64,000 nucleotides of DNA from Eledone cirrhosa. Lineage: Eukaryota. Position numbers and translations under genes: made by a program. Below are positions 1 to 15,124 of this stretch, piece by piece. The stretch is from NCBI GenBank assembly GCA_964016885.1, contig OZ024751.1, positions 25,792,001 to 25,856,000 on the forward strand. The letters run 5' to 3'. Numbering within the stretch: position 1 is the first letter of the stretch; the number at the start of each line of letters is the position of its first letter. Below the pieces are notes generated by a model. The model saw only the letters and a list, made by a program, of their open reading frames with translations. It was not told where the DNA came from and ran no database searches.

Positions 1-341
1 TATATATATATATATATATATATATAGCCATATATAATATGTATATATATATATGTGTATATGTGTATAGTTTATTTATATATATATATATATAAAAGTC
101 GGTGTTGAAATAAAACAACAACAACAACAACAACAACAACACAACATATTAAATTAGTTCTACAATAGTGTTATCTCTTCATTATATGTTAATTCAGGGA
201 AAATATAACACAAGAAATAGGTTTCTTATTATTTCGCTTTCTTTCATTTCATACTTTTGTTCTTTTTTATTTGTTGTTCTTCGTTGTGTATTATTATTTA
301 GTATTAACATTTAGTATTATTTATTATCATTTATTATCATC

Positions 342-454
342 AGTTCAAATCCCGTCGAGGTTAACTTTACCTTTCATCCTTACCCGGTCGATAAAATAGT
401 ACCAGTAATGAACTAGGTAATTGCTGGCCTTGTGCCAAAAGTAGAAACAATTAT
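342..454 (+). mobile_element. SINE family A, 5'-truncated
   Basis: B box GTTCAAATCCC, core CCTTTCATCCTTAC..GGTCGATAAAAT, tail GTAGAAACAATT; TSD ATTTATTATCAT. Confidence 0.85.
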
Positions 455-1041
455 TTATTATCATTTAGTATTATATATTATTACATATTATTGTTTGTTA
501 TTTGTTATTTATTATCATTGTTGTTGTCGGATATGCTTTGTGGCATGTAGTTACGGCTCAATGTATTCTGTGTTCAAATCACGCCGCGGATTAAAATAAA
601 GCACCAGTAATACATTGGGGTCGATTTCATCGAGTTTACCCTCACTCCACAAATGTTTCACTCAGCTCGCTAACTATGTGTAGAACCTAAAATATAATGA
701 CACAGCGTTCTCCATTAAACGGAGGATACTGGAAGAATCCATCCCCTATGTCAATGGGACGAAATTTGCCAGTTGCGTAACTCGGAGAAGTGAAATATAC
801 TCTCACAACTGGCTTCAGGGAAACGCTGCTTAAATACCCGCCTCGACTGCTTTGTTTTGAAAATCGTCTAGACTGGATTAACTGAATTTATTTTTTTTCA
901 AATTTTCAACTTAACCCCTGGGCTTCCTGTGTAACACAAGTTGCCTACCACGGCTTTTTTTATAATTACCTCCCTTTTCACACACATTATTCAAGAAATG
1001 TGTCTATTTTCATATATATATATATATATGAGCATTCAATT

Positions 1042-1738
<697 letters not shown>

Positions 1739-1878
1739 CAAGAATAAATTAAATTAAATATTGAGTACGCTGAGATACAACCGGTACTGGCATTGCTAAA
1801 TATGCTAGGTCCGTCAACTCCTTATTATATATATAGAACGGACGTAGAACGGTGATGATGATGATGATGCTATATACG

Positions 1879-1945
<67 letters not shown>

Positions 1946-1963
1946 CGTATATATATATTTATA

Positions 1964-2725
1964 TTTTTTAAACTAACACAATCCGTTATGAAGAACTCTA
2001 AATTGCCATGATAACAAAAGAATCTTACCTTAGCAAATTTAACGATCACAAACATTTTCGGGCTTAAAAACCTATTATCAAGGGAGTAATCCTATGAGAG
2101 ACTTAAAAATCGATCGGATAGACTTGTTTGATTGGGAGCAGATTTAAGTGAAATGAAAGACGTTAAAATTTCGAACGTGCGTGCAGTGACATCTATGATA
2201 AATGTATGATATATCTATGTGTGCGCGTGAATGTCTGTATGCGTGTGCATGAATATAAGTTTATGCAGTGAAAGATGAGTTTGAGTATGTATATATTAAA
2301 ACTGGAAAAATATGTGTGTTATATATGTATGTGTGTGTGAGTCTAAATGTGTTTGCCTAGTGAGGACAAAGCAACCGAACGCAGTATAGGCACGCTGAGA
2401 ATTAAGGAAGTCCTCTTAATCAAGCAGTTAAAACCTAGGATCAATAATCGAATGGAAAAAAAGTGCACCAGAATGGCTAATTTAAAAGCCTGGATTCCAA
2501 CATCCCAGCGGCCAGTTTCATTCTTTCTTTCAAATTAAATCTATGTTCTCACTAGGCAAACACACTTAGACTCACATCCGATCGATTTTTCTTCAGTCTC
2601 TCATAGGGTTACTCCCTTGAAAATGAGTTATTAAACCCGAAAATATTTGGGATCGTTAAATTTGCTAAGGTAAGATTGTTTTGGCAATTTAACGTTTCTC
2701 ATAACGCATTGTGTTGGTTTCCAAA
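1964..2725. mobile_element. PLE remnant with inverted pLTR arms and GIY-YIG C-terminal fragment
   Basis: About 1964-2119 is a diverged inverted repeat of about 2576-2725. The middle encodes LRIKEVLLIKQLKPRINN (E..I...P.IN motif). Arms contain a decayed hammerhead-like TTGAwAA...CCCGAAAATrTTT. Confidence 0.65.
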
Positions 2726-3310
2726 ATTTAAATTTGTGTTTATTTTTCAACAATGCTTCAAGCAAGCTACAAAATGAAATGGCTTCTACAGGACTATATA
2801 TATTAAGCTAACAGAAGTCTGATGTGATTTTGTTTCCAGAGTCGGGCCCGATCGACTGAGATCGAACCTTGTGCTGATCAATCGTGAAACGTGCGTCACA
2901 CCTGAATAAACTTTATGAAAATTTGACAGCTCGTCCATACTTGTTTTTAATATACATATATATTAGAAAACTATTTGCTATTTCTGACATGTCAGGTGAC
3001 CACACCCGCACTCAGTAAAATAAGAACTAAATCCGCTATGTACCTATATAACGACGTCACCCTATCAGGTATTTCACCAGTGACTCTTACTTTTGAAAAT
3101 ACAAAGTAAACTTTATATCCTTTCCATCTGATCTAATATGTAATATGTGATGGGACTAAATTAGATTCTGGACATGTTCGTCAATATTTCCTTCACCACT
3201 TCCTCTCTCTTAGAAACAATATTCTTTTCAATTTCCTCCAGATATTCCCAGCATTTTTCCATTATTTTGGCAATTTAAGCAAGATTTTCACTATGTTAGT
3301 TTCCATCATG

Positions 3311-3391
<81 letters not shown>

Positions 3392-3489
3392 GATGGGTTG
3401 TATCTGTGTGTGTGTGCATGTATGGAAATACGTAAGAACTCACTATTCAGCCTTAATAAAATGAATATATATATATATTTATATGCATG

Positions 3490-3522
<33 letters not shown>

Positions 3523-3551
3523 ATGTGTGAGTGTGTGTGTGTGCGCGGGTG

Positions 3552-3612
<61 letters not shown>

Positions 3613-3822
3613 TTTTATTAAGGCTAAATAGGGACTACGTACATATTTACATGCATACATTCTTATATACATGTATACATACATACATACATATATACAT
3701 ACATACTTATATACATACATATATACATATATACATATATCCATACATACACACATACATATATACACACATACATATATACATACATACATATATACAT
3801 ACATACACACATACATACGTAT

Positions 3823-3853
<31 letters not shown>

Positions 3854-4235
3854 CATACATATATACATACATATATACATACATATATACATACATATAT
3901 ACATACATACTTATATACATATATATATATATTAACTGAGATACTCATCCCTCTTCGGTTTCTCTTCCTCATCAATTCTTCAATGTCTCCGTTAATTCCC
4001 AGGTAGTCGGCCATGACAGTACACCTCTCCATGTTTACACACGTTCCAGGTAAGATGGTGAGAATGAAGTTATGCAGAAAGTGTATTTCATGGAAAATTA
4101 TCGGAATTAAGGAGAAGCCATATTCTCCCTAGTATAGGAATTACGTACACTATTTGAAATTATTGTACGTGAATAAGAATCTAAGACCTCATGTAATTGA
4201 TATAAAGTTCTCAAAGGGAGCGGGAGAGATAGAAC

Positions 4236-4281
<46 letters not shown>

Positions 4282-4540
4282 GAGAAACAAAGAGAGAGGC
4301 AGTGACAGAGAGAGAGAGAGAGAGAGAGAAGCAGTGGCAGAGAGAGAGAGAGAGAGAGAGGAAGGAGTTGGGGGAAGAAGGAAATAGATGGGTTTAGATA
4401 TAGTCTTTTGGGGTTGAGAATAAGAATTACTTTGATTTCTTTTTACTGATATTCACAAAAGGCCTGGGTGGGGGGTCAAGAGTTGCGAGGTTTACCAGTT
4501 CAGAACATAGAGTGTTAATATAATTCCTGGTTTCATTATA

Positions 4541-4571
<31 letters not shown>

Positions 4572-4619
4572 GTAGGAGCTGAGTTTTATTGTAGTACATA
4601 TATATATATATACATATAT

Positions 4620-4724
<105 letters not shown>

Positions 4725-4745
4725 TTACATATATATATATATATT

Positions 4746-4800
<55 letters not shown>

Positions 4801-4978
4801 GTGTGTGTGTGTACATACACATATACATGCACACACACTTATATATATATATATATATATATAAATATATATATATATTTATATATATATATATATATAT
4901 TTACATATATGTATATATATGTATACATATATATAATGTGTGTGTGTGTGTACATACACATATACATGCACACACACA

Positions 4979-5015
<37 letters not shown>

Positions 5016-5540
5016 TGGCGAAAAAGAGATAGAGAAAGATAGGTATGTATCTAATTATTGCTAAAAACAATAGCTTACAGAAGCTGGTTGAATATACAAG
5101 GTACAAAGATCGATTCTTCACACAAACTGCTGGCCACTACTTACAGTCGATAGGGGTATTTTACCCAATTTTCTAAGGCTTTATTTATAGCAAGTCACTG
5201 TGGTCATTTCTATATTTTCGAAGAATATAATAATTTACACTCACAGACACAAGTAACAATGCTCTCATGTAATTCACTCCGTCTGCACCCACATAAACCA
5301 GGCCATGTAAAAAACCTGGACTCTCAACCACTATCCCCACTACCGAAAGCTGAACTATTCATCTACCAGCTCCAGCCTTCTAAACTTTTTTTTACTTTCA
5401 ATCTCCAATGTTTCAACCGTTTCTTTCTTTCTCCGAACTCTCCATTTCCTAAATAAGAACTTATGTCCGAAACGTCAAACCCTTATCTACTTGCTCACGA
5501 GGCTTTGTGTTTTTGAATGTTTGTCTTGTCATTTCTTAAA

Positions 5541-5729
<189 letters not shown>

Positions 5730-5767
5730 GGTAGATAACGTTTTATTTTTCTTGGTGCAATACTTGG

Positions 5768-5820
<53 letters not shown>

Positions 5821-6526
5821 ATGTTACCAAACACTGTTATTTATATCATAATCTAATTAACATATGTTTCATCCGCCTGGGACTCCTCGGAATTAACCAA
5901 GATATAATGACCTCAACAAGTTGATCTTTTCCAGATGCACAATAATGCGTAGAATGTTTTATTTACAAAAAATAAACTGCATAGTCTAATAGGAAATAAT
6001 ATTTACCGCGTGTAGCATGACAGATAATTCACAGTGGCACTTACGTGAATATTTATACATTAAAATAGTCTTGTAATCATAGGCAATGTTGCTTTTTTAT
6101 ATAATAAATTATATATGAATTCCAAAATGTCCAGATGCACAGATCTACGCACAAACACCCATACAATTACACACCCACCCATATACGGACACATCTGCGC
6201 ATGAATGGATAAAATATACATATAAGATATCAATCAGAGAAGCAATTTTACAAATTAAACTTATACCAGACAGACTAAAATAAGAGAGTCTCGCTCATAT
6301 AAATATCTCGCTACCATGGTTTCAAAAACAGAAGAAGCAGTAGCGGGTATTTCAAATCATTGGAACAACCAATACTGTAGAAATGCGTAAAGAGGTATAT
6401 TGATCATGAAGTATACAGAGCATTTCCCGTACTGTCAAAATTTATATGAGTCGGACACTTAACTTAGTCTAACTTATACTCCCCTAACTAGATTTTATTT
6501 TGGCATAAGTTTAATATATAGAGAGA

Positions 6527-6687
<161 letters not shown>

Positions 6688-6766
6688 ATCTAAAAATAAC
6701 AAAACAAATGGCACTCTATGTGGAATAAATATATTAGTTTAACGCTTGCAATAGAAGAATGAGAGT

Positions 6767-6800
6767 CTTAACGTTTCGGACACTAGTCCTTCATCAGAGG
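6767..6800 (-). ncRNA. Minimal PLE-type hammerhead core
   Basis: CTGATGA a GGAC tagt GTCC GAAACGTTA; stem I is weak. A decayed relative lies at about 5448-5478 (+). Confidence 0.55.
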
Positions 6801-7286
6801 ATAGAGTTAGAAATAGAAGATAAATGGAAAGTAAAGAGTGAAAAGAGGAAGGTACGGGGGGAAATGAGAAAAAATTGGGGAGAAAAAACAACCGTGGGTA
6901 TTCAATCGGCCATATATATATATGTATGGGGGGGTATGTGTGTGTCTGGGTGTGGATGCGGGGGGGGGTGTATGTGTGTGTCTGGGTGTGGATGCGGGGG
7001 GTATGTATGTACTCTATTTTGGATCCCGAGAGAGAGAGCTTCACATATCCAGGATAAAGTACGCAATAGTTCAAAGAACAGACACTGTCGGGTATGTTTA
7101 AATCACAGTAGATATGAAATACCCCAACGGCTTATTTTAAATCTACTGTGATTTAAACATATCCGACACTAATTTGCATAATAGAATAAATAAATTTATA
7201 ACCCCACTATCTGAGAGCTTCAAACAGAAATGGTTGCATTCTTTAAGGGTATGTCAATATTTATTTATAAAATTGATCTATATTAT

Positions 7287-7349
7287 ATTTTATCTGATGA
7301 AAGCACACCATAATTTAACTTAGTGTCCTTGAAATATGTATAATGAAAT
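7287..7349 (+). ncRNA. Minimal type I hammerhead, related family
   Basis: ATTTTAT CTGATGA AAG c ACAC...GTGT c CTT GAAATATGTATA|ATGAAAT. Confidence 0.72.
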
Positions 7350-7527
7350 AAATATGGTTTTATAAATATAGTTTCTATTTGTTAATATATCGTATTTTTA
7401 CTCCAATAATTTGTTGAGTGCTTTATATCAGTTATAAAAATATTTGCTTGTTGTATCCCAACAATTTAAATAGAGCTTCTACATATATATATATATAGTT
7501 ATGTAATAAACAACATAAGATAATTAA

Positions 7528-7589
7528 TTCATTTACCAGTGGTTTCTTGAGGACAGATATCTATATCTGTCCTCGGTCATCAGAAAGAA
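7528..7589 (-). ncRNA. Type I hammerhead, same family as 14196, with partial fold-back copy at about 7604-7635
   Basis: Stem II is GAGGACAGATAT/ATATCTGTCCTC, a compensatory change relative to the 14196 copy; also carries GAAACCACTGGTA. Confidence 0.72.
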
Positions 7590-7636
7590 TAGTAAGGAAT
7601 CATTACTATTCTTTCTGATGACTGAGGACAGATATA

Positions 7637-7700
<64 letters not shown>

Positions 7701-7741
7701 GATATTAAACAAATGGACACTATATTTATAAAACCATATTT

Positions 7742-7805
7742 ATTTCATTATACATATTTCAGGGATACCATATTAAAAATATGGCATGCCTTCGTCAGAT
7801 AAAAT
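7742..7805 (-). ncRNA. Minimal type I hammerhead, related family
   Basis: Minus strand: ATTTTAT CTGACGA AGG c ATGCCATATT ttt AATATGGTAT c CCT GAAATATGTATA|ATGAAAT. Confidence 0.75.
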
Positions 7806-7987
7806 ACAATATATAACCAGTTTTATAAATAATTTTGACGTACCATAAATATAGCGACCATTAATGTATGAGGCTGGTTTGGTAGGCTGGTTTAATATCG
7901 TATATCTACTCCAAAAACTTGTCGAGTGCTTTATATCAGTTATAAAATATTTACTTGTTGTAACCCAACAATTTTAAATAAAACTTT

Positions 7988-8028
<41 letters not shown>

Positions 8029-8075
8029 ATAATAATAAATTTGAAAACTAAGATCCAAAGAGGGCTCGATAAGGA

Positions 8076-8136
8076 GTTTTCAGAAGATCCCGTTAAGGGT
8101 GAAAGCAGCGATTCTTTGCTTAAAATTTAATCTGTT
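8076..8136 (+). ncRNA. Hammerhead, CAGAAGA family copy
   Basis: GTTTT CAGAAGA TCCCGTTAAGGGT GAAAGCAGCGATTCTTTGCTT AAAAT; stem I is TTTT/AAAA. Confidence 0.65.
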
Positions 8137-8336
8137 ATTTTAATAAATATATATATGTGTGTGTGTGTGTGTATCAAGTAATACTATGATTGGATTTCAT
8201 ATCATTGTATGTCAATGTGAAATACAACAAAGGACAGATTAAATTGATTTAGCATGTGGACATTATATATAAGATAACAACAATTGAACAATCAACTTTA
8301 TATGTAGCAAAAGCTATCTCTAATACTTTTTGTTTC

Positions 8337-8368
<32 letters not shown>

Positions 8369-9114
8369 ATGTGTACGTGTGTGTACGTGTGTGTGTACGT
8401 GTGTGTGTATACGTGTGTGTGTGTCTGTGTATATATAACCATAGATACAGATACATACATACATGCATATTCACATACATATATATAAAAATATATATAC
8501 ATATATACACATATAAGTATATATACATACAAGCATGCATACATACATACATACATATACACACACAAGCATGCATGCATACATACACAGAAGCATGCAA
8601 GCATACATACATGTACTCGAAATTAAGAGAAAGAGAAACATACATATTCACATACATATATATATATGTGTGTGGGGGGGTGTTAGCGCGTCTGTGCGTA
8701 TGTGCCTATGTTTGTGCGTGTGTGTGCATGAGTGCACGTGTGTATGTGTGATATGTTAGGGGTGGTGGTGGTTGGTGTAACAATGAGAATTTTAAAATAT
8801 TATTAGATGATAAATGAATTGTTTCAATGACGTTAGTCATAGCAACCATTCCGTATAAAAAATCTTTCATATTTGTTTAATGTTGCGTAAAAGTTACAAA
8901 AGAATAAACCTGTTTGTTTAGACAAATATTTCGTCTCCCTTTTTATAGGTAAACACATAAATTGCTAAAACTATGAAATTCTACCTTGTATGGCGACTAA
9001 TATTCAAAACAAAATATTTATGTGACTCCTTTAAAAACATTTGATATATTTTTTTAATCAATGCTCACAAATTTCACAAACACTCACCGAAAAATAAATA
9101 CAGTCACAGCGACT

Positions 9115-9145
9115 GACACACATACACACACAGCTACACACAGTT

Positions 9146-9189
<44 letters not shown>

Positions 9190-10040
9190 CTACACACAGT
9201 TCCACACACACAGCTACACACAGTTCCACACACACACACACACAGCTACACACAGTTCCACACACACACAGCTACACACAGTTCCACACACACACAGCTA
9301 CACACAGTTCCACACACACACACACACACACACAGCTACACACAGTTCCACACACACAGCTACACACAGTTCCACACACACACAGCTACACACAGTTCCA
9401 CATACACACACAGCTACACACAGTTCCACACACACAGCTACACACAGTTCCACACACACACACACACACACACACAGCTACACACAGTTCCACACACACA
9501 GCTACACACAGTTCCACACACACACACACACACACAGCTACACACAGTTCCACACATACACAGCTACACACAGTTCCACACACACACAGCTACACACAGT
9601 TCCACACACACACACACACACACACACAGCTACACACAGTTCCACACACACACACACACACACACACAGCTACACACAGTTCCACACACACAGCTACACA
9701 CAGTTCCACACACACACAGCTAAACACAGTTCCACATACACACACAGCTACACACAGTTCCACACACACAGCTACACACAGTTCCACACACACACACACA
9801 CAGCTACACACAGTTCCACACACACAGCTACACACAGTTCCACACACAGAGCTACACACAGTTCCACACACACACACAGCTACACACAGTTCCACACACA
9901 CACAGCTACACACAGTTCCACACACACACACAGCTACACACAGTTCCACACACACAGCTACACACAGTTCCACACACAGCTACACACAGTTCCACACACA
10001 CACAGCTACACACAGTTCCACACACACACAGCTACACACT
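9115..10040. repeat. Compound minisatellite (CA)nGCTACACACAGTTC
   Basis: About 30 units with variable CA spacer length. Confidence 0.95.
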
Positions 10041-10089
10041 CACAAACAGATACAGTCACAAAGATACATAGTTCCACAGACACACACAA

Positions 10090-10143
<54 letters not shown>

Positions 10144-10239
10144 CCACAGAGATCATACAAATAATTTAATTTTACAGTTCTTCAATAAATTTATTCATAC
10201 AGTGTATCTAATAAAATATCTAAAAAAGATTTACACGTG

Positions 10240-10309
<70 letters not shown>

Positions 10310-10503
10310 TTGAAACACGAAAGCATCAAAAGATCATACTCCATTAAAAAAGATGCACAAAGATACAGTAATGGACTACACATTTCAAAAGTCCCATTTT
10401 CTGCTGAAATGGAAAACACAGAAAAAGCAAAGCAGGTAAAAGTAACTGCAAAGAAAGAACTGCTACAGAAACTGGCTAAGAAATGGCAAGAAAAGCGATC
10501 CCT
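10310..10503 (+). mobile_element. Short fragment of a second R4/Dong-like element after a (TAA)n tract
   Basis: Translation KHESIKRSYSIKKDAQRY...AKQVKVTAKKELLQKLAKKWQEK resembles the segment just before the WxxKxLHG motif of R4-clade ORFs. It starts directly after (TAA)n at 10246-10309. Confidence 0.6.
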
Positions 10504-11602
10504 GCTCAAATTATAATTGATTTGTATTGTTTCTGGGGGTTGAAAATCTGAAAGGAATTTCAAATCTAAATTGAAATGGGAATGTAAAAATATAAAAAAT
10601 ATAAAAAGTAAATAATAAATAATAAAAACAATGAATTCTCATCTATATTGATATTTTGTTTCCCATAATTTCAGATTTTATTTTGACATTGCCGAATTTT
10701 GATTTGAGTTGCAAAATCATTTTCAATGTTATCAAAAAAGAAAGGAACCAATCGTCAAATAAGATTAAGGAAACTATCCTCTCTCAGGTGTTTCCACTGC
10801 AGATCCTATCTGCCGGTCACAATTCCTGACAGAATTTTACGGCTACTCCCCGCCCCTAAACTCCAAAATACCCCCATAAAACAAACAAACAATAAAAATA
10901 TAAAAAAACTCGAAATACCAACCGAAATTCACATTTATTTACAAAATTTCTAATTGAAATTTTGTATTTTCAAAACCAAACTCACACGAAAATCTTAATT
11001 CTGTTTGGTCCCCGATTAATTGACAAAGAATGAAGTTGAATTTTAGGAGAAACAACATAACCTGATGATGTAACTTTTACGTTGAAACAAATCATTTAAG
11101 CATAAATAATTGGAGAAGCAAAGAGTAGGTGGGTGGGTAGGGGTTAGACAGGTCTCATAGAAACTTGATTGATAACTTGTCGAAAAACTCACCCAGGAAA
11201 TTTATAAGATCTTTTGTCTTCATTAATATTATCAACGATTTTTTGAATAGGAGAGTAATGAGCTGCGGCTTTTCAAAATCTCCAAGACCGTAATACAATT
11301 ATTAGTTGAGTGCATGTCTTAAATAATTTATTAACACTCCTAACGCATTGCAGGCAATTGATATTAAATGATTGTCTCTTACAGATATTGCGTGGATATA
11401 GAATGCAGTGGGGTTCTTATCACTTACAGTTCACCTGTTTCAATCCGGATAATTTCAATATCACATTTAAAAGAAACGCATCCATTTCCTTGAAAAAATC
11501 TTCAGTGACTTGCTCATCTTTAAAGAAGTGGGTAGTGGGAGTGAGGGGGTTCATGTTGACAGCATACTTGATCAGGAAGTTCAAGTTTTCACAGGAAGCA
11601 GA

Positions 11603-11991
11603 TAGAATATGTTTATGTATGATAAACACGCATATAGTTTGTCTTTATATATTTTGAGCAGGGTTCAAATCTCAGCTTACGTATAGAATATGTTTATGTA
11701 TAGTAAACATGCATTATAATTTGAGCAGGGATCGTACCCCAGCTAACTTATAGAATATGTTTATGTATAGTAAACATGCATTATAATTTGAGCAGGGATC
11801 GTACCCCAGCTAACTTATAGAATATGTTTATGTATAGTAAACATGCATTATAATTTGAGCAGGGATCCTTACGGGGTCGATAAAATAAAGTACCAGTAAT
11901 GCACTGGGTAATTGCTGGCCTTGTGCCTAAAGTAGAAACAATTATAATTTGAGCAGGGATCGTACCCCAGCTAACTTATAGAATATGTTTA
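11603..11991. repeat. 67-bp minisatellite interrupted by a SINE
   Basis: Unit starts at 11684, 11751 and 11818. Confidence 0.9.
11865..11944 (+). mobile_element. SINE family A 3' fragment inserted in the 67-bp minisatellite
   Basis: Flanked by TSD ATTATAATTTGAGCAGGGATC. Confidence 0.85.
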
Positions 11992-12074
11992 TTGAAACAC
12001 AGAAACCTGGAATGAATGCTACATAACCTTTTACCCGATATCCTAACGACTCCGCCAACATACCGCTTGTTATC

Positions 12075-12265
12075 AATAATTGTTTCTACTTTAGGCACAA
12101 GGCCAGCAATTAACCAGTGCATTACTGGTACTTTATTTTATCGACCCCGTAAGGATGAAAGGCAAAGTCAACCTCGGCGGGATTTGAACTCAGACTGTAA
12201 AGGGACGTAACTATGCTGGAAAGCATGGCGTCCGACCCTCTACCGATACTGCCAATCCACCGCCC
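12075..12265 (-). mobile_element. SINE family A, full length (tRNA-derived head, Meta/MESC-like central domain)
   Basis: A box TGGCAGTATCGG, B box GAGTTCAAATCCC, core GCCTTTCATCCTTACGGGGTCGATAAAATAAAGTACCAG; TSD GTTATCAATAAT. The domain name is from memory. Confidence 0.9.
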
Positions 12266-12523
12266 TAACAGTTATCAATAATGTTATCAATAATGCTGTC
12301 ATCAATACCTTAGTATGGATCGATCATGTCACGTGATCATGTCGCGTGATGTCTCTCCGTTAAGTCATCCATACAAGTAATACTTCAATAGAAAATGGCT
12401 GCTAAGTGGATTAATTAACGATTTGATGACGGTTTGTTAATGACTTAAGTCGTTATAGGAGAGCTCTAATTAGATATAATAATGAATCTTCCTTGGAAGG
12501 GGAGGTTAACGTTGTTGTTGTTG

Positions 12524-12555
<32 letters not shown>

Positions 12556-13006
12556 GGTGGTGGTGGTGGTGGTGTTGATGTTGTTGGTGATAATGGTGAT
12601 GCTGTTGTTGTTGTTAACGTTGATATTGATGTTATTAATGCTGTTGTTGTTGATGGTGATGATGTTGTTGTTGGTGATGATGGTGTTGTTGTTGGTGTTG
12701 GTGATGGTGATGTTGTTTTTGATGATGTTGCTGTGTTGATGGTGATTGTTGTTGCCGTTGTTATTTTTGTTGTTGATGTTGTTGATGTTGGTGTTGACTT
12801 TGTTGTTATGGCTGTTGGGTGATGGCGATATTGTTGTTGTTGTTGTTGATGTTATTGATGTTTTTGTTGTTGTGGAGGATGTTGATGTTGTTGTTGTTTA
12901 TGATAGTGTTGTTGTTGTTGCTGATGCTTTGTCCCAGTTCGTCCAGAGAACAATAGATAAAGTAAATTCACTCAAACCAATGTGTCCTTCCTTCATTATT
13001 ATAGAA

Positions 13007-13370
13007 AGTATCGGTAGAGAGTCGGACACCATGCTTTGAAGCATAGAGTTACGTCCCTTTACGGTCTGAGTTCAAATCCCGCCGAGGTTAACTTTGCCTT
13101 TCATCCTTACGGGGTCGATAAAATAAAGTACCAGTAATGCACTGGGTAATTGCTGGCCTTGTGCCAAAAAGTAGAAACAATTATTATAGAAAGTATCGGT
13201 AGAGGGTCGGACGCTATGCTTTGAAGCATAGAGTTACGGCCCTTTATGGTCTGAGTTCAAATCCCGCCGAGGTTAACTTTGCCTTTCATCCTTACGGGGT
13301 CGTCGATAAAATAAAGTACCAGTAATGCACTGGGATAATTGCTGGCCTTGTGCCAAAAGTAGAAACAATT
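13007..13370 (+). mobile_element. SINE family A tandem dimer
   Basis: Two copies, with ATTATTATAGAAAGTA before, between and after them. Confidence 0.9.
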
Positions 13371-13684
13371 ATTATAGAAAGTAAGCTGTGAATTAAGGAA
13401 GTTTTACTTGTTATTTTTAGAAAGCCAAGTAACCACATAGACAGTCACATATTGTGTTGTTATTGTTGTTGTTGGCGTTGTTTGTAGTTGGGTTGATGAG
13501 GAATGGGTTTTGTTTCGGAAAGATAGCACAATGAGCACAACGAGAAGAAAAACTCGCAAGAGACAGGGAAACACGAAAAAGCAACACTCACTTCTTCAGC
13601 TACCGTCTGTAGGTTACGTAACAGCCATACGATAGGTTGTGATGCATAATGGTGGTACCGATAATACTGCTACATCAGTGTTTA

Positions 13685-13785
<101 letters not shown>

Positions 13786-13792
13786 TAAAATA

Positions 13793-13868
13793 ACAGATTA
13801 AATTTTAAGCAAAGAATCGCTGCTTTCACCCTTAACGGGATCTTCTGAAACTAAAAAAATCCATCTGT
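13793..13868 (-). ncRNA. Hammerhead, CAGAAGA family copy
   Basis: Near-identical to 39678-39753; adjacent to a (TA)n tract. Confidence 0.62.
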
Positions 13869-13983
13869 GAACGCAGAAGTAAATATTTCAAGAACGGATA
13901 AAAATGAACATAATACGTCATTATTTGGAGCGCTGAAAACAATTATACCCAAAGACAAATATATATATATATATATATATATA

Positions 13984-14152
13984 TTTAGGAAATATGAACG
14001 TGAGGCTGAAAAAACGGGCAAAAAGGGTTTAGGGGATTGGCTTTTGCTTCTGTATATTATATATCCCTACAATTAATTTAGCTGTATATATATTTTTTTT
14101 CCCTGAACCCTATTTGCCCGTTTTTTCAGCCTCACTTTCATATTTCCTAAAT
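13984..14152. repeat. Inverted repeat adjoining hammerhead 14196
   Basis: TTTAGGAAATATGAA.GTGAGGCTGAAAAAACGGGCAAA recurs as its reverse complement at about 14100-14152. Confidence 0.7.
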
Positions 14153-14195
14153 TTTATTTTCAAATCCATATTTAACAAAAACACCATGTTATTTA

Positions 14196-14257
14196 TTCAT
14201 TCTGACGACTGAAGACAGATATAAATATCTGTCTTCAAGAAACCACTGGTAAATGAA
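14196..14257 (+). ncRNA. Type I hammerhead with long stem II
   Basis: TTCATT CTGACGA c TGAAGACAGATAT aa ATATCTGTCTTCA a GAA ACCA c TGGT A|AATGAA. Confidence 0.78.
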
Positions 14258-14360
14258 ATAATTATCTTATGTTGTTTATTACATAACCAATAAGCTCTGT
14301 AGCCTACATAGAGGACTCTTTTTTCCTGTACCTTTCCGACGGAAATACTTCATTTATATA

Positions 14361-14471
<111 letters not shown>

Positions 14472-15058
14472 ACATATATATCAAAACTGGTGTGTTATCT
14501 ACCAGTGTAATTAAATCAACTGAATTACCCCACAAAATATGAGATGTGGGTGTAAGATTACGTTTTTTGAAAAGTAAAGTTGGCAGTACCATTAATATTT
14601 TCGGAAAATAATACATATATATATGTGTATGTGTATGTGTGAGTATGTGTGGGCGTGCGTTGGTGTGCATGCGAGTGTATATAGATCGATATAATTCTGT
14701 TTATTCGGATAAAATTCATATCTTTAACAGCTGTTGTAGGACTTCATCGAATGAAAACAACAAAAACAATATGGTTACATCTGCTAAAGTTTCTAAAGTG
14801 AGGCTAAGAATATTTCATATATTTAATAGTCAAAATAATCCTTACACTCTTTAATGGACAACAGTTATATATATATATATATATAAGGAAAAAAAGATGA
14901 AATCAAAATTACATTTTCGATTTCTCTTTTTTTCCTTATATATATATATCAAAAGTTTAACAAGGTTCATTGATTAATCAATAAATAAAGTTTTACAATA
15001 GATTAGAAGCACTCAACAGTGGTATGTGGGCACAGTTGAGGTATGTCAGACATCAATC

Positions 15059-15124
15059 TATTTTATCTGATGAGGACGTACTGATGAAATAGCTCAGTGC
15101 CTCTGAAATATGTATAATAAAATA
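15059..15124 (+). ncRNA. Minimal type I hammerhead, same family as 18559
   Basis: Same core and stems, inside a TA-flanked insert at about 14950-15160. Confidence 0.78.

Noticed and set aside
4003-4049. 47-nt plus-strand exon with polypyrimidine tract and GTAAG donor
   Set aside because: No partner exons or recognisable peptide, and it overlaps the longer minus-strand open frame.
12180-12265. tRNA genes
   Set aside because: The A and B boxes belong to SINE heads; there is no full cloverleaf.
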